The notes beneath the pieces are model-generated. The model was not told the origin of the DNA. It was given only the letters and a program-made list of their open reading frames with translations, and ran no database searches. Below, in pieces: positions 23,400 to 32,635 of a stretch of 32,635 bases of DNA (its first letter is position 1; every line of letters starts with the position of its first letter). Origin of the DNA: Octopus bimaculoides (lineage: Eukaryota). Made by a program: the position numbers and the translations under genes. The stretch spans positions 45,915,374 through 45,948,008 of the forward strand of contig NC_068994.1 of assembly GCF_001194135.2 (NCBI RefSeq). The letters run 5' to 3'.

Positions 23400-23895
23400 C
23401 GTACGTTGTAATGCTTCCATTTGTCGACGTAGTTCTGATAGTTTTGAGGGTCGTAATGATTATCATAATTGTCCCGGTTGCGGTGGCTTTGCTAGCTGTA
23501 ATGGCCGTAATTGTTTCGGTATTTTATTCTGTGATGGTAATATTGTCATTGTTGTATCGGGTATAATGTTTGTGAGGTTTGTGATGGCTTGGCGCTCGCT
23601 TGTCCTAGTGTTTGTGATGGTTGGATGTAATAATTGTGATAATTGTGCTGGTTCTGTTGGCATTGCTAATTGTGATGTTTCTGATGGTTGCGCCATTTGC
23701 GATGCCCGGCGAATGCTGTGATCGTCGCGGTCGTTGCGAAGGTTATGATGTTTTGTGTTGACTGCAATGATTGTGATGTTTGTCATGGTTGTAATAATTG
23801 TTTACGTCGTGTTGTTTCTGATTGTTATGATGGCTGTTGTGGTTGTAACGATTGCCTTAATTGTGATGCTATTAAGACATTATTGGAATGGTGAT
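23400..23895. repeat. Degenerate 9-nt-period repeat (TGTGATRRT-like)
   Basis: Recurring 'aattgtgat', 'ttgtgatgg' and 'tgtaataat'. The Cys-rich reading jumps between frames several times. Confidence 0.7.
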
Positions 23896-23939
23896 GCTCT
23901 TTCCGCTAACGAAGGCGACACTTTAATGTGAAAGCCAAA

Positions 23940-24030
23940 ACAACATCAATAATAATGGTGATGATGATGATGATGATGATGATGTTGATGACGACAAATA
24001 CAATAACATCAACAACAAAAACAGCAACTC
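23940..24030. repeat. (GAT)n/(CAA)n trinucleotide tract
   Basis: Direct read. Confidence 0.9.
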
Positions 24031-24273
24031 TAATGAAAATAATTGTCTACTTTGATTTGCTCTGTTGGCAAATCGTTCCACGAAATAATTAGTCGGCATG
24101 ACTGGAGCTGCAGTCAGTATGACGTGAGAATAATCCAAATTTAATTAAAATTCCTCAGTAATTACGAACAAATGTGACAAGCGGACGGACATACGAACAG
24201 ACAGTCAGACAGATATGAGACAGTTACACATACAACATACATTCTCGCTCGCGCGCATACTTACATGAATATG

Positions 24274-24440
<167 letters not shown>

Positions 24441-24650
24441 ATTAGAATGATTAGAAATACTGAAGTTCACAGATCTACGATACAGAGTATTACAAACAAA
24501 CATACACACACACACACACGCACGCGCGCGCACGCAAGCACACACACATATAGATCGATCAATTGATAGATAGATAGATAGATAGATAGATAGACACACA
24601 AATAGATACACACAGTTATATGTACGCTTACATATATGTATGTATACACA

Positions 24651-25864
24651 CAGGGTGTCCCAAAACTTGTATACACATATTGAATGATTACGCAATCATT
24701 GTTTATGAAAATAGATTTCATTGTCGAAATTTAATTGAATCAACAGACAGAATTTTACTTTTTCTGAATGCTTGATTTCAAAATGATGACCGTTCTGGTA
24801 CAGGTGCTGCAGATAATGCAGAGCAATGCAATCGCAAACATCAAGAAACATTTCGTTTGGTACTTGTGCGCATTCTTGTTCAATGGCTACCGTCCATTCA
24901 TCGGCTATTACTGTTTTTGTTCCGTAAGCTTTATCTTTTAAGTACCTCCATTAAGAATAGTCAAAATGTATGACTTCTGTTGAAAGCAAAAGGTATTTTA
25001 CTGAATCTCTTCCTTTAATCTACCTGTTTGGTAATATCGGTTGTGTGGTGGTCTGTATCTTGTTGGAAATCAAATTCCACATCTTTGATGTACCCTTAAA
25101 TGCTAAGCATGACAAATTGTCGCAGCAAATTCAAGTAAATGTGACCACTCAAAGTACCGTCAAAAAAGTATGATTCAATTCTTTCAATGATCAACTACAC
25201 CATTCTTTGACTCCTAGCAAATTATCAAATGTTCCTCCATAATATGCGGTTTCTCAGGTTCCCATTCGTTCAAATGTGGCGCTTAATTGAGCCATGTAGT
25301 TTAAATCTAGCCACATTACTGCAGACAATACTTTCGGAAAATGGGCATCTTGTGCACATCTTCCAAGAGCTATTCACAAAACTCCGATCTTCAGTCCAGA
25401 TCATAATCTTAAAAGCATGGACTGTTCTCAGAATGTGCCTTTTCCAATGTCACTGTTCAAAATACAACGGACACTTAATTTTGAAATTCCTATCACACGA
25501 CTCGCTTACCGCAGAGATTTAGGTGAACTCTGGTCGTAATTCTTGCTTTGTGGGGTTCTTTAATACCCAGGTTCTTCCGGAACGTATTTTGTGAATATTC
25601 GAATCATTTTCATCTGCTTCAAACTCATCTCTTATTCTAGTGATGCTAAAATCACACAGGTGGTTTCATTTAAAACTACAAGCTGAACTGTTTTTGTAAT
25701 TCGATTGCATTTTCAAACTCCCAGCTGCACTTTAGGATAAATTTCCTTTGTTCAAATGTTAATCTTGCTTCTTTCACTATTTTTGATACATTAAATCTAA
25801 AATAAAATGAATCCTGAGCGACTATGTAGGTGTCAAAGTGTGGAAAAGTTTTTGACACAGACTG
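24651..25864 (-). mobile_element. Near full-length decayed Tc1/mariner transposon with DUF4817-like N-terminal HTH
   Basis: Minus strand: LTFEQRKFILKCSWEFENAIELQKQF; ITRIRDEFEAD..RSGR; IVCSNVARFKLHGSIKRHIC; FFDGTLSGHIYLNLL; FQQD; WRYLKDKAY..IEQECAQVPNEMF..QNGHHFE. Degenerate TIRs cagggtgtcccaaaactt (24651) and revcomp cagtctgtgtcaaaaactt (25864), TA at 25865-25866. Confidence 0.88.
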
Positions 25865-26631
25865 TATACATATTCATATACATCCATCTATATATAAATT
25901 ATATATATATATATATNNNNNNNNNNNNNNNNNNNNNNNNNNNNNNNNNNNNNNNNNNNNNNNNNNNNNNNNNNNNNNNNNNNNNNNNNNNNNNNNNNNN
26001 NNNNNNNNNNNNNNNNNNNNNNNNNNNNNNNNNNNNNNNNNNNNNNNNNNNNNNNNNNNNNNNNNNNNNNNNNNNNNNNNNNNNNNNNNNNNNNNNNNNN
26101 NNNNNNNNNNNNNNNNNNNNNNNNNNNNNNNNNNNNNNNNNNNNNNNNNNNNNNNTATATATATATATATATTCATAGATACATTACTTTTAGCGAAGCT
26201 AAATATTACGCTAGCATAATGCTGGTGTGAAATTCATTAGACTATGTCTAGGTACTATACTACAACTTCATTTCGCAATACTGTGCTAAAAGCAGAGATC
26301 GCATGTATACACTTATCAAACACATCTCAGGAGAGACAACCTAATATATCTCAAAGTAGATCTCACAATAGGTAAAGAAGAAGTGCATATCGTAAATAAT
26401 AAGCTGCTAAACTTCCTACTTTAGTATCCGAGAAATGTAAAAGATGTAGATATGTTATGAAAATGGACGGAATAGTAAAGCAAGTCTCTCTAATATTATT
26501 ACAGTCTCTGAAAAATTGTTTAGAAATGGCAATGTATATATAAATATACAGAGTTTGACCGAAAACTCTTCCCGCTCCTAGTAAAGATGGAAGCTGTGTT
26601 TTCATATAACGAATGATTTACCGTGTGATTT

Positions 26632-26677
<46 letters not shown>

Positions 26678-27614
26678 TATAAGGGTTAAAGATATTGAAT
26701 ACTGTCTTGATATTTCGTATTGCTATTTCAGAGTATTGCAAGAAAAATAAGAAAACGACGGTATCATATAGATAGATATGACGTGGTATTTGGAATGAAT
26801 TAGAATGTTGGGTGTACTTTAGTTGAAATGGCGAGAAAATGTGTCCGAATATCGTGGAATGATACATTTCATAAAGGTATTGCGATTAGGCTATGGCTCA
26901 GGTGTTTTCTTCATTTTTTTTTAGATTATTTGAATTATAGAATATTTTTTAAAAGGCTATTAAAATTTCATGTCATTATATAGCCATGTTGTAAAGGGGA
27001 TAGTATAAAGATTTAAAATTTGAAAACCAATTTATTAGCGAAGTTTAACTAAATATCTGAATGCATCATTATTCAAAATTTATATTAATATTGCACGAAT
27101 GTTTCTGTTGGCTGAGAAAAACGAAAATATAAAAATAAATTGAAAGCACTTGAATTAATCTTATGTAGCCATGCCAACAAATGTATTTTCGATGTATATG
27201 ATTGAGAGATTGCCAAGACAAACATGACAGAAAATCGCGAAAAGGTATACATAGAGATTAACAAATGTCTAAAACAACGCAAAAAGAATACACAAGCTTG
27301 GATTGATTTTATATTGCACTGATCTATGCGAATGTATGTGGGTGTATATGTATTTAAAAAATGGTAACAGAATAGATTGAAAAAAAACAACTATGAATGA
27401 TAAATGGATCGCAATAATGAAATAGAATATAAGAGATAATTATAAAAATGGAAGATATATTAAAAGAAAAACTGCCGATAATTTTTGTCAATTTTGTGTT
27501 TCGTGAATATTTGGAATCAATTGGCACCTTCTGTATTTATGTATACCATTAGATTTACTCCTTCAAGGAATATCTGTGCGTGTGTATGTGCGTATGTGCG
27601 TGTGNNNNNNNNNN

Positions 27615-27653
<39 letters not shown>

Positions 27654-27861
27654 CAACTTCGGATGGGAGTTGAAGAAACGCACTGTCTGAAGGAACCAGC
27701 CTAGGTATTTTACTTAGAGTAATTCGGTGTCTGCCTGGATATTATATCGCTCCTCTTACAAAGTTTCACCTCTACGATCTCCAGACAAGTGAAATGTTAA
27801 GATAGATAAATACTTATAAACGTCTTCATTCAGTATCTAGTTATATATATATTATTATTTT

Positions 27862-28232
27862 CCTTATTTTAGCCATTTGGCTGCGGCCATGCTGGAGCAC
27901 CGCCTTAAAGAGTGTTGGTCGAAGAAAGCGACCCCACGACTTATTATTTGTAAGCCTAGTACTTATTCTATCGGTGTCGCTTGCCGAAGCGCTCAGTTAC
28001 GGGGTGCATGAACGAAGGGACAAACACAAACACGCACACAAATATATACTTATAAACATTATATACGACGAGCTTCTTTCAGTTTCCATCTACCAAATCC
28101 ACTCACAAGGCTTTGGTCGGCCCGAGAATATAATAGAATAGTAGACACTTGCCCAAGGTGCCACACAGTGGGACTGAATCCGGAACCATGTGGCTAGGAA
28201 GCAAGCTTCTTACCACACAGCCAAGCCTGCGC
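27862..28232 (-). mobile_element. Full-length family-B tRNA-derived SINE
   Basis: Head (revcomp) 'gcgcaggcttggctgtgtggtaagaagcttgcttcc..ttcagtcccactg', a 'ccttgggcaagtgtct' CORE-like segment, internal microsatellite remnant, tail 'ggcggtgctccagcatggccgcagcc'. Confidence 0.9.
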
Positions 28233-28921
28233 TTGATATACGTATGTATATTTACTGAACCCTATATTCCACATTTCCCAACAAAATAAATAAATGCATA
28301 TAAACACCTTCACTTGGTATTTAGTTCTCTTTCTTCATTCTTAATCACGCATGCACCCGCACCACACGTAAATGCACCCCTACATACACATAATTATACT
28401 CCTGAACCCACACGCGCACATAAAAACATGCATCTCATTAAATCGCAAAAGAGGTTCCATGACACATTAGTTTGTGGTAGTAATTGGAGTATTAAGAAGA
28501 TATAATTCATAAATACAAAATGAAAGGACTTACTGAAATAAACTATTGCAGATTATATACAGCAATAAATTATACATTGACATAAATGTACTTTTGTTAT
28601 AAAATATAGATTAATATCGACGGAAGCAGCGCAGGAAATATTTGTTGTTGTAGAAAAGAAAAGGGAAATGTGATTAGTGGAGAATAAAAGGAATACGTTT
28701 ATGAAATGTCATGTTTATTGGAAAGTTGAGAGTAGGAATTTTTCGTAGTAAAAGTTTTGTTTAGACGAATATAATAATACGTAGACGGTATATGTCTGTT
28801 AGGATGGAAGTTGCTAATATATTTATGTGCATATTCAACATTAAAATACAATACTTCTTACTTGTTTGTCAATTGTACAATAGATACGTACATACGTATA
28901 CAAAGACATATATGTATGCTT

Positions 28922-28952
<31 letters not shown>

Positions 28953-29622
28953 CATGTATATGTTTATGTGTATATGTATATATAAATTTATATTCACGTA
29001 TATATGTATGTATATCCATGTGTGTGTATGTGCGTGTGTGTATAAGAATCGATTTGTAACTGTAAATTTATTGAGCAAAGCACTAAACAACAACTAGCAT
29101 TAAACAACAACCATAACACGTCTACTATCTCCATACTACATGTGCATATAAGTTTTCTGTGTGAAAATATATTGTATTTTTCTCAATTCACACTTTATTT
29201 AATAACATTATTTACATAGACAAACACGAACTACCATTGCTTATGTGATTATTATATTAAAACCTAGACCCATTTGTATTTTAAATTCAATATTTACCCA
29301 GATATACTACTGACTTCTGTTCTAACACGCAGAGACCTCTATACGACATATATATATAATTAGATTGAACTCAACAAACATTTCTATTACTATACTAATT
29401 TCCTTTGAATTAACCTTACATGTTTGTTTTTGTTGTTTTTTTTTCTCCCTCGAATAATCGTATTTTTCTTTCCATTCACTGGCGCGAAATTTTTCTTGCA
29501 ATAATATTCTGAAGTAAATAACACATTATATATATATATATATATATATATACATAACATATGTGAGAGTGTGTGTGTATGTATGTAATATACAATATGT
29601 ATATGTATGTAAATATACAATA

Positions 29623-30590
29623 GGCGCAGCGTGGCTGTGTGATAAGAAATTTGCTTCCCAGCCACATGATTCCGGGTTCAGTCCCACTGCGTGGCACCTT
29701 CGGCAAGTGTTTTCTGCTTTAACCTCGAGCCGACCAAAGCCTTGTGAGTGGATTTGGTTGACGGAAACTGAAAGAAAGGCGGGGAGCTGGCAGAAACGTT
29801 AGCACGCCGGGCGAAATGCTTAGCGGTATTTCGTCTGCCGTTACGTTCTGAGTTCAAATTCCGCCGAGGTCGACTTTGCCTTTCATCCTTTCGGGGTCGA
29901 TAAATTAAGTACCAGTTACGCACTGGGGTTGATATAATCGACTTAATCCGTTTGTCGGTCCTTGTTTGTCCCCTCTGTGTGTAACCCCTTGTGGGCAGTA
30001 ANNNNNNNNNNNNNNNNNNNNNNNNNNNNNNNNNNNNNNNNNNNNNNNNNNNNNNNNNNNNNNNNNNNNNNNNNNNNNNNNNNNNNNNNNNNNNNNNNNN
30101 NNNNNNNNNNNNNNNNNNNNNNNNNNNNNNNNNNNNNNNNNNNNNNNNNNNNNNNNNNNNNNNNNNNNNNNNNNNNNNNNNNNNNNNNNNNNNNNNNNNN
30201 NNNNNNNNNNNNNNNNNNNNNNNNNNNNNNNNNNNNNNNNNNNNNNNNNNNNNNNNNNNNNNNNNNNNNNNNNNNNNNNNNNNNNNNNNNNNNNNNNNNN
30301 NNNNNNNNNNNNNNNNNNNNNNNNNNNNNNNNNNNNNNNNNNNNNNNNNNNNNNNNNNNNNNNNNNNNNNNNNNNNNNNNNNNNNNNNNNNNNNNNNNNN
30401 NNNNNNNNNNNNNNNNNNNNNNNNNNNNNNNNNNNNNNNNNNNNNNNNNNNNNNNNNNNNNNNNNNNNNNNNNNNNNNNNNNNNNNNNNNNNNNNNNNNN
30501 NNNNNNNNNNNNNNNNNNNNNNNNNNNNNNNNNNNNNNNNNNNNNNNNNNNNNNNNNNNNNNNNNNNNNNNNNNNNNNNNNNNNNNNNNN

Positions 30591-30642
<52 letters not shown>

Positions 30643-30890
30643 GTCTGTGTGTCTGTGTGTGTGTGTATGTTTGTGTGTCTGTGTTTGTGCCCCCACTATC
30701 GCTTGACAACCGATGTTGATGTGTTTGTGTCCCCGTAATCTAGCAGTTTGGCAAAGAGACCGATAGTATAAGTACTACGCTTCCAAAGAATAAGTCCTGG
30801 GGTCGATTTCGCCGACTAAAAGGCGGTGCTCCAGTACGGCCGCAGTCAAATGACTGAAACAAATAAAATTATAAAATTATAAAAAATTAT
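29623..30890 (+). mobile_element. Family-B SINE interrupted by a family-A SINE and an assembly gap
   Basis: B head 29623-29776, B 3' half about 30660-30890 after a (GT)n run. Continuity across the gap is inferred. Confidence 0.8.
29778..30001 (+). mobile_element. Family-A SINE nested in family-B SINE
   Basis: Near-identical to 828-1057, begins right after 'gaaactgaaagaaa' of the B head. Confidence 0.9.
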
Positions 30891-31934
30891 ACGTATTTAT
30901 GTAGCAAGAGCCCTATCTGATAGCAAATATTCACAAAACCCAAAGAGGATGAATTGTGGTTTTGTTTGGTTTGCTTTGGTTTGGCTTGGTCAGCATATCA
31001 CCCTACATAAGTGTTGTATCGACGCCCCCAGCCGAAGAAGTAGGATCTCCCAAGACATATAATTAGAGGTAGTCTGGCCGTGGTAGGAGTGTTGAGTAGC
31101 AGTCGAGTAGCAGTTGTGTAGCGGTTGAGTAGGGATCATCCGAAGGTGCTAGATGGCAATAGCGTTGAGACATAACAATAAGTTACCCATATTGCGCACA
31201 ATATCTATATTCCGACCTATAAGTCATTGATACCTTCTTCAATCTATTTATTTGGTACATTGTGAAATGCGCATACTCACATATCCATTCATATAGATTG
31301 TTGGAATTTGAAATCGTTCCAAACGTTTGCATATAAATCTGTAATCATTTATTCATTTTGATACACATACGTGAATTTGTGTTTTATTTCTAGGATTACT
31401 CTCCTGTTTGACTTGGCATGTTCACAATGATTTTCATCGTTCTCACCTTTGTTGGCACGGATTCGGAAGATTAATCCAAGAGCTTTCAATTTCGTTTTAC
31501 ATTTCGGCTTTTACTAGCTAACACAAACATCATTCATTTCTCTAACATTTTCACTAATTATATATATAACATTATATACACTCTCAACTGTGTTGCACTC
31601 AGATATTAAATTAACATTTGTTAATCAGATAAATTTCGAATTTAAAATCCTTAAATAATCACTTTGTAGTATTAATTCCCTCACATCATTATGTTATCAG
31701 GGCACGAAATTTTGATTTTATTTCATTACTATCTTATAAATGCTATCAATTTTAATATCGTTAAAGTAAAATTCACTGTCCCTATCCTCAAAACCTATAC
31801 AAAATAAAAAAGTCCGCGCTTGCGCAGTGATATCTTCTTTTCATTACAACTAATCGATACCCAACACGTTAATTCTTACCAAATATCAAGACTCTTCACA
31901 TTTTAAGTAACAGAAGAAGCACTCCATCGCTTAC

Positions 31935-32256
31935 GATGACGAGTGTTCCAGTTGATCCGATCAACGGAACAGCCTGCTCGTGAAATTAACGTGCAGGTGG
32001 CTGAGCACGCCACAGACACGTGTACCCGTAACGTAGTTCTCGGGGAGATTCAACGTGACACAGAATGTGACAAGGCTGACCCTTTGAAATACAGATACAA
32101 AAGAAACAGGAAGAAAGACTGAGAGTAAGTTGTGGTAAAAGAGTACGGCAGAGTTCGCCACCATCCCCTCGTGGAACTTTAGGTATTTTCGCTCAATAAA
32201 CACTCACAGCGGCCGGTCTGGGAATCGAAACCACGAGCCCACTGCTCTAACCACTA
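31935..32256 (-). mobile_element. Third tRNA-derived SINE family (C)
   Basis: Revcomp head 'gcaatggcctagtggttagagcagtgggctcgtggtttcgattccc' (A and B boxes). Body 'ccagttgatccgatcaacggaacagcctgctcgtgaaattaacgtgc' recalled as a common octopus/cephalopod SINE body. Confidence 0.8.
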
Positions 32257-32573
32257 GGCCATTGCTGAGGACGCTGAGGACGGATAAATACCCATAAACT
32301 CGAGTTCGTACGTATCGCAGATCAAGATGAGAAAGATGACTTCCCTTTGCAAATACAGACAGGACACAGATGTGTGTGAATAGCCAGCTGGAGGAGGTGT
32401 TCTCCTGGGGCTAAAAGAAACAGTAGCATCTACCCGTAGGGGTCAGTCGCATTTAAGTGGCAAATATACTTCACCTATATATATATAATTATTTATTTAT
32501 GCATATATTAACTGGTGAAATAAATATATTCATCTCATACTTCCTGACTTTATATCCTACACACAAATATAGG

Positions 32574-32635
<62 letters not shown>
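32574..32635. repeat. (GA)n microsatellite
   Basis: Direct read to the window end. Confidence 0.97.

Overview
Eukaryotic, AT-rich genomic DNA dense in microsatellites, with nine N-gaps, most of them next to microsatellites. The SINE families and repeat landscape look like an Octopus genome (inference from recalled repeat families, no search run). Most listed ORFs are artefacts of microsatellites or N runs. The best coding signal is a pair of tandem, + strand paralogous genes that I do not recognise. Gene A has a terminal exon at 6211-6590. Gene B has a terminal exon at 16829-17187 plus two short phase-1/phase-1 exons, 12774-12842 and 15624-15659, that the ORF track does not resolve as exons. 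The two proteins share a 31-aa predicted helix (18/31 identical, many synonymous changes), a K-F-x(0-2)-W-G-x-x-[WF]-K motif and His/Asp-rich patches. The rest is transposon debris: three tRNA-derived SINE families (one nested in another), two RTE-type LINE relics, two Tc1/mariner relics, and a Penelope-like end carrying a minimal hammerhead-ribozyme-like motif. No first (signal-peptide) exon could be identified for either gene.
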